Below, piece by piece: positions 16,650 to 26,674 of a stretch of DNA of 38,407 bases. The first letter of the stretch is position 1, and every line of letters begins with the position of its first letter. Made by a program: the position numbers and the translations under genes. Origin of the DNA: a virus (Duplodnaviria > Caudoviricetes). The notes under the pieces were generated by a model. It was not told the DNA's origin, made no database searches, and worked only from the letters and a program-made list of their open reading frames with translations. The stretch covers positions 1 to 38,407 of the IMG/VR virus record IMGVR_UViG_3300033129_000175, one strand, 5' to 3'.

Positions 16650-17858
16650 ATGTCTAACAGCATTCTGACGATCGACATGATCACAAGAAAAAGTTTGGAA
16701 ATACTTGAAAACAACCTTGTGTTGACCCGCAACGTGAACCGCCAGTACGACGACAGCTTCGCTGTTGAAGGTGCCAAGATCGGTTCTACCCTGCGTATCC
16801 GTTTGCCCGACCGCGCTCTGGTGACTGACGGTGCCGCCCTGCAAGTTCAGGACGACAACGAACAGTACACCACCCTGACTGTCGCCAGCCAAAAGCACAT
16901 CGGTGTCAACTTCACATCCGCTGAATTGACCCTGCAATTGGATGACTTCGCAGAACGTGTGTTGAAGCCTCGTATCAGCCAGTTGGCATCCAGCATCGAT
17001 GCTGACGTTGCCAACGCATACAAGTACATCGGTAACTCCGTTGGTACACCTGGCACCACTCCTTCGACTTCTTTGGTGCTGTTGCAAGCCCAGCAGAAGC
17101 TGACCGAGAACGCTGCCGTGATGAACCCACGTTACGCTACCGTGAACCCTGCTGCCAACGCCGGTCTGGTCGAAGGCATGAAAGGTCTGTTCAACCCCAC
17201 CGACACCATCAGCAAGCAGTTCAAGAACGGCATGATGGGCACTGGCGTGCTGGGCTTTGACGAGATCAACATGTCTCAGTCGATCAAGCAGTTCACCACC
17301 GGTTCGCGCACTGCCACCGGCGGTACTCTGTCCGCATCCGTGACTGCTCAAGGTGCCACTACCATCGCCATCACCGGCGCTGGTGCAGCAGGCGTTGTGA
17401 AGCAAGGCGATGTGTTCACCGTGGCCGGTTGCTACGCTGTGAACCCACAGACCCGTGAATCCACTGGTTCGCTGTTCCAGTTCGTGGCCGTTGCTGATGT
17501 GACCCTGAACGGCTCTGGCGCTGGTAGCATCACCGTGGCTCCTATCTACACCGCCGCCAACGCTTTGGCTACCGTGGACAGCTTCCCTGCCTCCGGTGCT
17601 GCCGTTGTGTTCGTGGGTGCTGCTTCGACTCAGTACGCACAGAACTTGGTGTACCACAAGGATGCCATCACCTTCGCCACTGCCGACCTGTTGCTGCCTC
17701 AAGGCGTTGACATGGCCAGCCGTGCCGTCCACAATGGCATCAGCCTGCGCGTTGTTCGTCAATACGACATCAACAACGACCGTATGCCTTGCCGTATCGA
17801 CGTTCTGTACGGCTACAACGCGATCCGTCCTCAAATGGGCGTTCGTCTGTGGGGCTAA
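16650..17858 (+). CDS. Major capsid protein (P22 coat gp5 family)
   Basis: 402 aa, strong codon bias, RBS aagga; KIGSTLRIRLP, RIDVLYG motifs. Confidence 0.93.
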   Translation: MSNSILTIDMITRKSLEILENNLVLTRNVNRQYDDSFAVEGAKIGSTLRIRLPDRALVTDGAALQVQDDNEQYTTLTVASQKHIGVNFTSAELTLQLDDFAERVLKPRISQLASSIDADVANAYKYIGNSVGTPGTTPSTSLVLLQAQQKLTENAAVMNPRYATVNPAANAGLVEGMKGLFNPTDTISKQFKNGMMGTGVLGFDEINMSQSIKQFTTGSRTATGGTLSASVTAQGATTIAITGAGAAGVVKQGDVFTVAGCYAVNPQTRESTGSLFQFVAVADVTLNGSGAGSITVAPIYTAANALATVDSFPASGAAVVFVGAASTQYAQNLVYHKDAITFATADLLLPQGVDMASRAVHNGISLRVVRQYDINNDRMPCRIDVLYGYNAIRPQMGVRLWG

Positions 17859-17862
17859 TCTG

Positions 17863-17887
17863 AAACGGGGACTTCGGTCCCCTTTCT
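17863..17887 (+). terminator. cUUCGg hairpin terminator after the capsid gene
   Basis: ggggac-ttcg-gtcccc-tttct. Confidence 0.75.
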
Positions 17888-17915
17888 CGCATCTCAAATC
17901 TGAAAGGAAATTATC

Positions 17916-18323
17916 ATGGCTCTCCCTAATGGCGCAGGCGGTTACCAAGTCGGTGACGGCAACCTGACTGAAGTTATCCTCGGCTACGAAGCCACTCCCC
18001 AAACTGTTACGGCAACAGCAACCTTGACCACCGATCAAATCACCGGTGGTATTTTGGTGGCCAACCCTGGCACATCTGCTGCAACTTACACTTTGCCTAC
18101 CGCTGCGTTGATCGACAACGCAGTGAGCAGCGCAAAAGTGGGTAGCACTTTTGACCTGAACATTGTCAACATCGGCACCAGTTCTGGCGCTGTGACTTTG
18201 GCTGCTGGCACTGGCATCACCGATGGCGGCAACGCTTTGGTGGCTGTTGCCATCACTTCCAGCGCTCTGTTCCGGTTCCGCAAGACCGGTGACGCAGCTT
18301 GGACTGTGTACAAAGTGGCCTAA
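17916..18323 (+). CDS. Putative capsid decoration/minor head protein
   Basis: Follows the coat gene; Thr/Ala/Gly-rich; YTLPTA, FRFRKTG. Confidence 0.7.
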   Translation: MALPNGAGGYQVGDGNLTEVILGYEATPQTVTATATLTTDQITGGILVANPGTSAATYTLPTAALIDNAVSSAKVGSTFDLNIVNIGTSSGAVTLAAGTGITDGGNALVAVAITSSALFRFRKTGDAAWTVYKVA

Positions 18324-18326
18324 TTG

Positions 18327-18351
18327 AAACGGGGTCTTCGGACCCCGTTTT
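18327..18351 (+). terminator. cUUCGg hairpin terminator
   Basis: aaacggggtc-ttcg-gaccccgtttt. Confidence 0.8.
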
Positions 18352-18369
18352 GTCCTAAAAGGAACAATC

Positions 18370-18774
18370 ATGCCAAATACACAAGCTACAGGTGTCGCTT
18401 ACGCTGACCCCGAGTTCACTACCTGCTACGCCAGCCAAGAACTTGGTTACAGCGCAGCGGCTCAAGGCACTGTTACTCAGTTGACCGACAAATCGACAGC
18501 TGTGACTTTGAACAAGTCCTCTGGTCGCATCACGATGAACGCTGCCTCGCTGGCTACGGTCACCACGGTGTCGTTCACCTTGAACAACAACTTGATCAGC
18601 GCCAATGACACACTGATTGTCTGCATCTCCAGCGGTGCAACAACTGGTGCGTACTCGGTGTATGTGTCGAACTTGACCGCAGGTGCTGCAACGATCTCGT
18701 TGCGCAACTTCACTGCTGGCGCTTTGGCCGAAGCAGTGGTGGTGAACTTCGCCATCATTCACGCCGCAAGCTAA
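18370..18774 (+). CDS. Putative head decoration/spike protein
   Basis: Beta-rich; VTQLTDKSTAVTLN domain shared with the C-terminus of 21162-22553. Confidence 0.7.
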   Translation: MPNTQATGVAYADPEFTTCYASQELGYSAAAQGTVTQLTDKSTAVTLNKSSGRITMNAASLATVTTVSFTLNNNLISANDTLIVCISSGATTGAYSVYVSNLTAGAATISLRNFTAGALAEAVVVNFAIIHAAS

Positions 18775-18779
18775 ACCCA

Positions 18780-18802
18780 AAGGCCCCTTCGGGGGCCTTC
18801 TT
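18780..18802 (+). terminator. cUUCGg hairpin
   Basis: aaggcccc-ttcg-ggggcctt. Confidence 0.65.
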
Positions 18803-18807
18803 AAATC

Positions 18808-19020
18808 ATGGTCATTTACCTCACCCACCCAATCCACGGGGCCAAGGTTGCAACGATGCACCTTGAAGCCGAGATGGATGAAAAAAACGGCTGGACACGC
18901 TACAATCCAGAAACGCCTTCGGCTCCCGAAGATGCGGCTCCAGTGAACGCACTGGAAACCAAACGCAAATACACCCGCAAGGCCGCTGACCCTGTCGAGG
19001 TGCAACCCGAAGGAGTCTGA
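18808..19020 (+). CDS. Hypothetical protein (HPIHGAKVA motif)
   Basis: ORF between decoration and adaptor genes. Confidence 0.7.
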   Translation: MVIYLTHPIHGAKVATMHLEAEMDEKNGWTRYNPETPSAPEDAAPVNALETKRKYTRKAADPVEVQPEGV

Positions 19021-19022
19021 GC

Positions 19023-19736
19023 ATGGCAACATTTACGGCTGGCGATCAAATTAACCGAGCACTTCGTCTGCTTGGCGTGCTTGCCGAGGGTGAAACGCCG
19101 TCTGCTGCCACTTCTCAAGATGCATTGATGGCAATGCAACAGATGATCGAATCGTGGAACACTGAGAAGTTGTCCACGTTCGTGACCCAAGACCAAGTGT
19201 TCACTTGGCCCGCTGGTGAGATCAGCCGCACACTTGGCCCCTCGGGTGACTTTGTGGGCCTGCGCCCCATTTTGATGGATGATGCCACGTATTACGTTGC
19301 ACCCAATGGCGTGTCGTATGGCATCAAGTTCATCAACCAGCAGCAATATGACGGCATTGCCGTCAAGACCGTGACATCCACATACCCTCAAGTGGTGTGG
19401 ATCAACATGGGTTACCCTGACGTTACGCTGACCGTGTATCCCAAGCCCACACAGGACTTGGTGTGGCACATGATCTCGCCGCAAGAGTTGGATCAGCCTG
19501 TTGAATTGAGCACCCCACTGTACTTCCCGCCTGGTTACCTGCGGGCGTTCACGTACAACTTGGCTATGGAATTTGCGCCCGAGTTCGGCGTGGAGCCTTC
19601 GCCGCAGGTGCAGCGCATCGCCATGACCAGCAAGCGCGATCTCAAGCGGATCAACAACCCTGACGATGTGATGGCATTGCCTTATTCGCTGGTGGCCAGC
19701 CGTCAACGCTTCAACGTCTACAGTGGCAATTTCTGA
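19023..19736 (+). CDS. Head-tail adaptor (P22 gp4-like)
   Basis: I.RALRLLGVLA.GETP, D.L..M..M...W, YNLAMEFAPEFG; position in the operon. Confidence 0.8.
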   Translation: MATFTAGDQINRALRLLGVLAEGETPSAATSQDALMAMQQMIESWNTEKLSTFVTQDQVFTWPAGEISRTLGPSGDFVGLRPILMDDATYYVAPNGVSYGIKFINQQQYDGIAVKTVTSTYPQVVWINMGYPDVTLTVYPKPTQDLVWHMISPQELDQPVELSTPLYFPPGYLRAFTYNLAMEFAPEFGVEPSPQVQRIAMTSKRDLKRINNPDDVMALPYSLVASRQRFNVYSGNF

Positions 19737-21169
19737 TGCAAACGCCTATTCTTGGATCAGCCTACACTGCCCGCAGCGTCAATGCTGCGGCCAATCGCAT
19801 GGTCAATCTGTTTCCAGAAATCGTGCCCGAGGGTGGCAAGACTGCTGCGTTTTTGAATCGTGCGCCAGGCTTGCGTCTGCTGGTCACCGTAGGCACCGGC
19901 CCAATCCGTGGCATCCGCACCGTGGGCACCGACCTGTACGTGGTGTCTGGTCGATACCTGTACAAAGTTGACACCTCGTACACCGTGACGCAATTGGGTC
20001 TTGTCACTGACGCGACAACGCCTGTGTCCATGTCGGACAACGGGACACAGCTCGTCGTGGCCTGCGATGGTCCAATGTACGTCTACAACACGCTGACCAA
20101 CGCCTTTGCACAGGTCACCGATCCAGATTTCCCAGGCGCATTGACCGTGTCGTTCTTGGACGGCTACTTCGTGTTCATCGAACCCAACAGCCAGCGAGTC
20201 TGGGTGACTGCGATCAATGACCCGTTGTCCGTAGACCCGCTGGACTTTGCCAGCGCCGAGGCCGACCCAGACAATCTGGTGTCCTCCATCGTGGACCACG
20301 GTCAGGTGTGGCTGTTCGGCACCAACTCGGTCGAGGTTTGGTACGATACCGGTGGCGTAGATTTCCCCCTTCAGCGCATTGATGGTGCGTTCAACGAGAT
20401 CGGGTGCGCTGCCACATTCTCGGTGACCAAGTTGGACAACAGTCTGTTTTGGCTCGGCTCTGACCGCCGTGGCAAGGGCATCGTGTACCGCGCCAACGGC
20501 TACTCTGGCACCCGTGTTAGCACCCACGCTGTCGAGTGGCAGATCCAGCAGTACGCCGACATCTCGGATGCCGTGGCCTACACCTACCAGCAAGACGGTC
20601 ACTCGTTTTATGTGCTGTCGTTCCCATCGGCCAACGCCACATGGGTCTACGATGTGGCAACGCAAGCATGGCACGAACGCGCTGGCTGGAACAATGGCGA
20701 GTTCACCCGCCACCGTAGCAACTGCCAGACCTATTTCAACAATTTGAATGCTGTCGGTGATTACCAAAACGGCAACATCTACGCATTCGACTTGGACAAG
20801 TATTCCGATCACGACCGTATCCAAAAGTGGCTGCGGTCTTGGCGTGCCCTGCCCACCGGCCAAAACAACCTCAAGCGCACCGCGCAGCACAGCCTTCAGC
20901 TTGACTGCGAAACCGGTGTCGGTCTGGTCGATGGGCAGGGCAGTGACCCGCAGGTAATGATGCGCTGGTCTGACGATGGTGGCCACACATGGTCCAACGA
21001 GCAGTGGTCATCGATGGGCAGGATCGGGGAATATTTCCGCCGTGTGTTTTGGCGGCGACTGGGCATGACCCAAAAGATCCGCGACCGTGTCTACGAGGTG
21101 TCGGGCACCGATCCTGTGAAGATTGCCATCGTGGGTGCTGAACTACTCGTGAGTCCGACGAATGCCTAA
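19736..21169 (+). CDS. Tail hub / DNA stabilization protein (P22 gp10-like)
   Basis: 477 aa beta-propeller-like; FLDGYFVF, FASAEADPD, WSDDGGHTW, WRRLG. Confidence 0.87.
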   Translation: MQTPILGSAYTARSVNAAANRMVNLFPEIVPEGGKTAAFLNRAPGLRLLVTVGTGPIRGIRTVGTDLYVVSGRYLYKVDTSYTVTQLGLVTDATTPVSMSDNGTQLVVACDGPMYVYNTLTNAFAQVTDPDFPGALTVSFLDGYFVFIEPNSQRVWVTAINDPLSVDPLDFASAEADPDNLVSSIVDHGQVWLFGTNSVEVWYDTGGVDFPLQRIDGAFNEIGCAATFSVTKLDNSLFWLGSDRRGKGIVYRANGYSGTRVSTHAVEWQIQQYADISDAVAYTYQQDGHSFYVLSFPSANATWVYDVATQAWHERAGWNNGEFTRHRSNCQTYFNNLNAVGDYQNGNIYAFDLDKYSDHDRIQKWLRSWRALPTGQNNLKRTAQHSLQLDCETGVGLVDGQGSDPQVMMRWSDDGGHTWSNEQWSSMGRIGEYFRRVFWRRLGMTQKIRDRVYEVSGTDPVKIAIVGAELLVSPTNA

Positions 21170-22553
21170 CACCACCCCAGTCACACCTGCTCGGGTGCCG
21201 ATTGTTGACCCTGAAACAGGGTTTGTCAGTCGTCCTTGGTACATGTTCTTCACATCGCTTTTGGCAAACTCAGGCGGTGGAACAGGTAGCGGCACAGTGA
21301 CCAATGTGGCCACCGGCACTGGTTTGACGGGTGGTCCCATCACCACGACTGGCACGATTCAGTTGGCAACTGCCTACGGGGACGCACGCAACCCGTACGG
21401 CAGCAAAACAGCCAACTACGTGTTGGCCGCGCCCAATGGTGCGGCTGGTGTACCTACGTTTCGTGCTTTGGTTGCTGCTGACGTTCCTACGCTGAACCAG
21501 AACACGACAGGAAATGCCGCCACAGCAACCAAGACAACCAATGTTGCCGGTGGTGTTGCATATCAAATTCCGTATCAGTCTGCGGTTGACACGACTGCGT
21601 TTATTCCAGCACCCACCACAGCGTCAACGTACCTTAGCTGGAACGGCTCTGCGTTCACATGGGGTACTGTTTCTGCTACCGTGAATTGGGCTGTACCAGG
21701 CGCTCTTGGCTCAACCACACCCAACGATGTGTATGTGAGCAGCGGAAACGATAATGCAATTGCTTATTTTGGAGGAACGGGCGGCAAACAAGTGTTGTCA
21801 AGCACTTATTTGAAGGCGGATGTCACAGGCAACGGAACATTTGGCGCGTATACCGGAACCACAAATAAATACAACATTTCCAGTGCTTATGGGTATATTG
21901 CCGGAGGATTAGGCGCAACAAATTCTTGCTTTTTTGGAACCCCAAACAATGGCGCAGATACTTGCGTTGTTTCATATAACGCATATTGGGATCCAAGTTC
22001 AGGTGGCTCTGGAAATTACATTTACGACAAATCTACATCTGCTGCAATGTGGGCGGTTACAAGCGGTTCACATGCTTTTCGCACCGCATCTTTAGGCACT
22101 GCTGGAAACCCTATTAGTTGGAACACTCCACTCTCACTAAGCGGAAATCTTGTATACGCTGAAACATTTGCTACAAAAATTGTTTCTCAGTCTGCATCGG
22201 CAGGTGTCGGCTACGCAACAGGCGCAGGTGGTGCGGTAACTCAGTTGACCAGCAAATCGACTGGTGTGACGTTGAACAACGTTTGCGGCAAAATTACAAT
22301 GGCTGCAAACGCTCTTGCTGGAAACACCAACGTCAGTTTCACATTGACCAACAGCACGATTGCCGCAACCGATGTGGTGATTGTCAACGCATCCAACGTG
22401 GCTGGCGCTGCTCCTACGGCCAACACCTATATGGTGACAGTCGATTCGGTGCTGGCAGGGTCATGCCGCATCTTGGTTCGCAACGTATCCGCAGTTTCTG
22501 CATCTCAAGCACTGGTGCTAAACTTCGCAGTCATCAAGGCTGTGAACGCCTAA
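21162..22553 (+). CDS. Tail needle/fiber-like protein
   Basis: Position after the gp10-like gene; G.VSRPWYMFF N-terminus, GTVTNVATGTGLTGGPITTTGTI, PTFRALVAAD fiber motifs. Confidence 0.7.
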   Translation: MPNTTPVTPARVPIVDPETGFVSRPWYMFFTSLLANSGGGTGSGTVTNVATGTGLTGGPITTTGTIQLATAYGDARNPYGSKTANYVLAAPNGAAGVPTFRALVAADVPTLNQNTTGNAATATKTTNVAGGVAYQIPYQSAVDTTAFIPAPTTASTYLSWNGSAFTWGTVSATVNWAVPGALGSTTPNDVYVSSGNDNAIAYFGGTGGKQVLSSTYLKADVTGNGTFGAYTGTTNKYNISSAYGYIAGGLGATNSCFFGTPNNGADTCVVSYNAYWDPSSGGSGNYIYDKSTSAAMWAVTSGSHAFRTASLGTAGNPISWNTPLSLSGNLVYAETFATKIVSQSASAGVGYATGAGGAVTQLTSKSTGVTLNNVCGKITMAANALAGNTNVSFTLTNSTIAATDVVIVNASNVAGAAPTANTYMVTVDSVLAGSCRILVRNVSAVSASQALVLNFAVIKAVNA

Positions 22554-22563
22554 AGGACAAATC

Positions 22564-24180
22564 ATGGCATCCATCAACATCTCATCTTTTGCTGGCGCTG
22601 GTGCCCAGTTCTTTGACAACAACGGCACTCCTTTGGTTGGTGGTCTGTTGTACGTTTACGCCGCAGGCACCACGACACCTGTTGTCACTTGGACAAGCCC
22701 TTCGGGTACTGTTGCCAACACCAACCCCATCGTGCTGGATGCCGGTGGCCGCACCCCATACGAGATCTGGGTTACCGGTGGTGTGCTGTACAAGTTCGTG
22801 CTGAAAAACTCCACAGGTGTCACCATTGGGACATACGATTCGATCCCTGCGATTGATGACCCCACCGCCTTCAACAACATCATCACAGTCACCGGCACCA
22901 ACACGCTGATTGGCACATCGACACCGGCGAACACTGCCTACGCTCGAGGCATGACCTTGAGCTTCGTGGTGGTCAACACGAACACGGGTGCTGTGACCAT
23001 CGACGTTGACGGTCTGGGTGCCAAAGAGATCACGTTCTCTGGGTCCAACCCGCTGATCGCTGGTCAGTTGACCGCTGGCGCTCTGGTGACCATTGAATAT
23101 GACGGCACACGGTTCCAGTTGATGAACTCGTCCGGTGCCCTGGCGATCACGGCATCGTCGCTTAACGGTGGCCAGCTTGCGGGTTTCCGCAACCGTATCA
23201 TCAACGGTGCAATGGTCATTGACCAGCGCAATGCTGGCGCAAGTGTGTCTGCGTCCGGTTCGTTTCCGGTTGACCGTTTCCAGTCGTTCATGTCGTATAC
23301 ATCGAACTTCACCTTTCAGCAAAACGCTGGCTCGGTCACGCCTCCCACAGGTTTTAGCAACTATGTCGGCATCACGACTGGCACTGGCCGCACCATTGGC
23401 GCAAGTGACATTGGCATCTTCTTTCAGTCGATTGAAGGGTACAACGTGTCGGACCTTGCATGGGGTACGGCGAATGCAAAAACCGTGTCCTTGTCTTTTT
23501 GGGCACGGTCGAGTGCCACAGGCACGCATAGCGGCTCGGTGACCAACAGCGGCGACACCAGAAGCTATGTGTTCTCGTTCACAATCAGCGCCGCAAACAC
23601 ATGGGAATACAAGACCGTGGTGATTGCGGGCGATACATCGGGAACGTGGCTTACCGGTAACAACAAGTCGATTGTTGTTTCGTTCAACACTGGCTCAGGC
23701 ACCTCAAAGTTGACAACCGCTGGCGCATGGAACGCCTCTGGCTATTACGGTGCGACAGGTTCTGTGCAGATCGGTGCAACGACTGGTGCCACTTTGTACA
23801 TTACCGGTGTTCAGTTTGAACTTGGCTCTACTGCCACCCCATTTGAGCAACGTCTGTACAGCACCGAGTTGTCGCTGTGCCAGCGGTACTACCAAGCAAC
23901 TGGAATTGGCGCGGGTGGATGCGACACCACAATTAGCATTAACGCAGGGTTTATGTTCAGCGTGCCTATGCGTGCGGCACCGACTGTCACATTGCTCAAC
24001 ACCGCGCCACAAATTAGAGCAACCAACACAGTTTCCACCGGCTCATCTTCTGCAATTTCTGCAAGCTATGTGACCGCCCAAGGTGTTGTTGCTGTGATCA
24101 ACGGATTTACGGGGCTGACCGCAAACGCAGGTTTGTCTGTCATCACAGGATCATTAATCGGCTGTTCAGCGGAGATTTGA
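22564..24180 (+). CDS. Tail fiber/spike with P22-tailspike-like N-terminal head-binding domain
   Basis: [23 protein letters not shown]...[12 protein letters not shown]; distal [17 protein letters not shown]...[23 protein letters not shown]. Confidence 0.8.
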   Translation: MASINISSFAGAGAQFFDNNGTPLVGGLLYVYAAGTTTPVVTWTSPSGTVANTNPIVLDAGGRTPYEIWVTGGVLYKFVLKNSTGVTIGTYDSIPAIDDPTAFNNIITVTGTNTLIGTSTPANTAYARGMTLSFVVVNTNTGAVTIDVDGLGAKEITFSGSNPLIAGQLTAGALVTIEYDGTRFQLMNSSGALAITASSLNGGQLAGFRNRIINGAMVIDQRNAGASVSASGSFPVDRFQSFMSYTSNFTFQQNAGSVTPPTGFSNYVGITTGTGRTIGASDIGIFFQSIEGYNVSDLAWGTANAKTVSLSFWARSSATGTHSGSVTNSGDTRSYVFSFTISAANTWEYKTVVIAGDTSGTWLTGNNKSIVVSFNTGSGTSKLTTAGAWNASGYYGATGSVQIGATTGATLYITGVQFELGSTATPFEQRLYSTELSLCQRYYQATGIGAGGCDTTISINAGFMFSVPMRAAPTVTLLNTAPQIRATNTVSTGSSSAISASYVTAQGVVAVINGFTGLTANAGLSVITGSLIGCSAEI

Positions 24181-24182
24181 GC

Positions 24183-24338
24183 ATGTACCAATTCATTAAC
24201 GACCAAGTGGTGAAGCGCATCGCAGACAACGCCTTTATCCCCTTCGACCTTGCCAACAGCGACTATCAGGTCTACCTTGCGTGGTTGGCCGAGGGTAATG
24301 AGCCACAGGTACAATCGACCGGAAATGAGACTGCCTGA
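24183..24338 (+). CDS. 51-aa tail fiber assembly/chaperone-like protein
   Basis: Own translation: [41 protein letters not shown]...; follows the fiber gene. Confidence 0.75.
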   Translation: MYQFINDQVVKRIADNAFIPFDLANSDYQVYLAWLAEGNEPQVQSTGNETA

Positions 24339-24690
24339 CGATGTGTGGCAAGTGATTGCTGACTATCTCCTCGAGCGTAGGAAGATTGAGGCAACGCCAG
24401 AGTTAAGAGACTGGGCCGAGAACAACTTGGACATCACGCTGTTTGATGGCGGGGCGATCTTGGCAAAGGACAACGAGTTTGACTTGTTCGTGGTTCCTGA
24501 GAAGCGCGGCAGGTGGCGCATCAGGAGCGTAATCGGTGATTTTCTCAACACGATGCTTGAGAAGCATGAGAAAATCGTGGTAAAAATTTACGAAGACAAC
24601 ACCCCATCATTGCGTCTGGCAAGAGGGTTTGGCTTCAAAGATGTTGGCCGTGAAAACGGAATGATTCGATTGGAGAAGCAACATGGGTGA
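24325..24690 (+). CDS. GNAT-fold acetyltransferase-like protein
   Basis: FVVPEKRGR and [14 protein letters not shown] motifs; sits before the ejection genes as in P22-like phages. Confidence 0.7.
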   Translation: MRLPDDVWQVIADYLLERRKIEATPELRDWAENNLDITLFDGGAILAKDNEFDLFVVPEKRGRWRIRSVIGDFLNTMLEKHEKIVVKIYEDNTPSLRLARGFGFKDVGRENGMIRLEKQHG

Positions 24691-25411
24691 CATTATCAAC
24701 GCAGGCGCGGACCTACTCGGTTTTGGACCCGCCAGCAAGCAAGCTGATGCTACGCAAGCCGCTGCTCGAATTGGCGCTGAATCTGCTGGTCAAGCCACCC
24801 AACTCCAACGCGAGATGTGGCAAGCGCAACAAGCGCAACAGCAACCTTGGATGCAAGCTGGTCAGACTGCGCTGAATGCTCTGACACCCTTGGCCACGAA
24901 CTACCAAAAGTTCGGCATGGACCAATTCCAGCAAGACCCAGGCTATGCGTTTCGATTGTCTGAAGGTCAGAAGGCGCTGGATCGCAGTGCCGCTGCTCGT
25001 GGTGGCCTGATCTCCGGTGCAGCCCTAAAAGCCGCTACCCGCTACGGTCAGGACATGGGTTCGCAGGAGTACACCAACGCCTTCAACCGTTACCAGACCG
25101 AGCGCAATGCGATGCTTAATCCTTTGCAGTCGTTGGCAGGTGTCGGTCAAACCGCAACCAACCAACTTGGTGCAGCGGGTCAGAACTATGCAAACACTGC
25201 GGGCAATATCGGCCTTCTTGGCGGCGCAAACCAAGCAAACGCATTGATGGCTGGCGGCAACATTCGAGCCAGTCAGTACAACACCGCAGGCCGTGCAATG
25301 GACCAGTTATACAACTATGGCAGCAAGAACAATTGGTTCGGTGGTGGGTCATCGCCTTCGGGAACTGAGATGTCTCAGCAAGACTATGCAATCGCAAGCG
25401 GCGGGTATTAA
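24683..25411 (+). CDS. DNA ejection/pilot protein (P22 gp7-like)
   Basis: Gln/Ala/Gly-rich; DPGYAFRLSEG, AAARGGLISG. Confidence 0.75.
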   Translation: MGDIINAGADLLGFGPASKQADATQAAARIGAESAGQATQLQREMWQAQQAQQQPWMQAGQTALNALTPLATNYQKFGMDQFQQDPGYAFRLSEGQKALDRSAAARGGLISGAALKAATRYGQDMGSQEYTNAFNRYQTERNAMLNPLQSLAGVGQTATNQLGAAGQNYANTAGNIGLLGGANQANALMAGGNIRASQYNTAGRAMDQLYNYGSKNNWFGGGSSPSGTEMSQQDYAIASGGY

Positions 25412-25420
25412 GGAATCAAC

Positions 25421-26674
25421 ATGAACGGACTCATTGATTTCGGCATCATTAAACCCGAACTGGCTGGCTCTTTCGGGGCTGGCTTTCGTGCTTCTCAAGA
25501 AGACCGAAACGCTCTTGCCCGTCAAGCACAAGCGCAGCAATTGACTGACCTCCAACTTCAAAACGCCTTACGTGAACAACGCATGGCAGGCGAAGAAGAA
25601 GCCGCGTATAAAACTGCGGGAAATGATTACGCAAAACTGCAAACAGAACTAATGCAGCGCGGTTTGGGTAAGCAGGCTATGGCAATCGGCGCACAACAGG
25701 CCAAAATGCAAGCCGACAAGATTGCTATGCTCAAGGGTACAACCGAGTTGATGAAGTCTGCAGCCTCCAGCGTCATGGAAAACCCAACCCTTGAGAATGC
25801 GTTAGCCGCGGTAAAAGATCTTGGCCAGCGTACAGGCACGGATGTTTCCCGCGATGTTGACGCGCTCGCCAAAACAGGCGGAAACCCAGAAGCCATTTAC
25901 AAGTGGGCAGCGGGCCACGCTGTTTCTGCCGATAAAAGGTTGAACGAATTTAAGCAATTTAGCGTCCCAGGTGTGGGTGTGCAGACTGGAACAACTGACT
26001 TTACGGGTAAGTTTACGCCTGGTCAGGTGTACCAAGAGACAATGTCGCCAGCACAAATCAAACAGGACGAGCGTGATCGTCAACGCCTGAACCTTGAAAA
26101 TCAACGTGTTGGGCTGGAAGGCGAGCGCGTGCAAATTGCCAGAGATGAAGCCAAGCGTAAAGAACTTGGTTTGGAAGCATTACCGCCCAAAGAAATCCAA
26201 AAGCGTGAAGCTGCGTACCCGCAAGCCACTTCGTCAATCAAAGGTTTTGAAACCAAGTCGGATGACTTCATTAAAGACCTTGAAAAACTGCGTGATGATC
26301 CTGGCCTTAACCTGATTACAGGTTCGGTTTACGGGCGCACGCCAAGTCTGTCCCGCGAAGGCAGCCGCGCACAAGCCACGTACAACAAAATCTTTGCCAA
26401 AGGTGGTTTTCAAGCACTGCAAGACATGCGCGACGCATCCAAGACTGGCGGCGCGTTGGGCAACGTGTCGAACCAAGAAGGCGAGCGTCTTGAACGATCC
26501 GTGGTTGGAGGCTTAGACCGCACGCAAAACGTGGAAGATGTCAAAAAAGGCATTAACGATTTGATCGATCAGATCAAAGGCTCCAAAGTACGCATGCGTG
26601 AAGCGTATGATATGACCTACGACTACAAACGCGCCAAACCCGCCGCCACAGGTGGTGGCTGGAAGGATCTGTGA
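25421..26674 (+). CDS. Putative internal virion/ejection protein
   Basis: Position; helical composition; GGALGNVSNQEG motif. Confidence 0.65.
   Translation: MNGLIDFGIIKPELAGSFGAGFRASQEDRNALARQAQAQQLTDLQLQNALREQRMAGEEEAAYKTAGNDYAKLQTELMQRGLGKQAMAIGAQQAKMQADKIAMLKGTTELMKSAASSVMENPTLENALAAVKDLGQRTGTDVSRDVDALAKTGGNPEAIYKWAAGHAVSADKRLNEFKQFSVPGVGVQTGTTDFTGKFTPGQVYQETMSPAQIKQDERDRQRLNLENQRVGLEGERVQIARDEAKRKELGLEALPPKEIQKREAAYPQATSSIKGFETKSDDFIKDLEKLRDDPGLNLITGSVYGRTPSLSREGSRAQATYNKIFAKGGFQALQDMRDASKTGGALGNVSNQEGERLERSVVGGLDRTQNVEDVKKGINDLIDQIKGSKVRMREAYDMTYDYKRAKPAATGGGWKDL

Noticed and set aside
16212-18371. 719-aa minus-strand ORF, and similar long antisense ORFs at 10089-11699, 19757-20986, 36586-38226, 2439-3377 and 22582-23529
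   Set aside because: Shadow ORFs opposite well-supported, codon-biased genes; no motifs or RBS, and they cross gene boundaries and terminators.
12893-24180. Diversity-generating retroelement or invertible tail-fiber system
   Set aside because: No reverse transcriptase or invertase, no TR/VR pair differing at adenines, and no inverted crossover sites seen.
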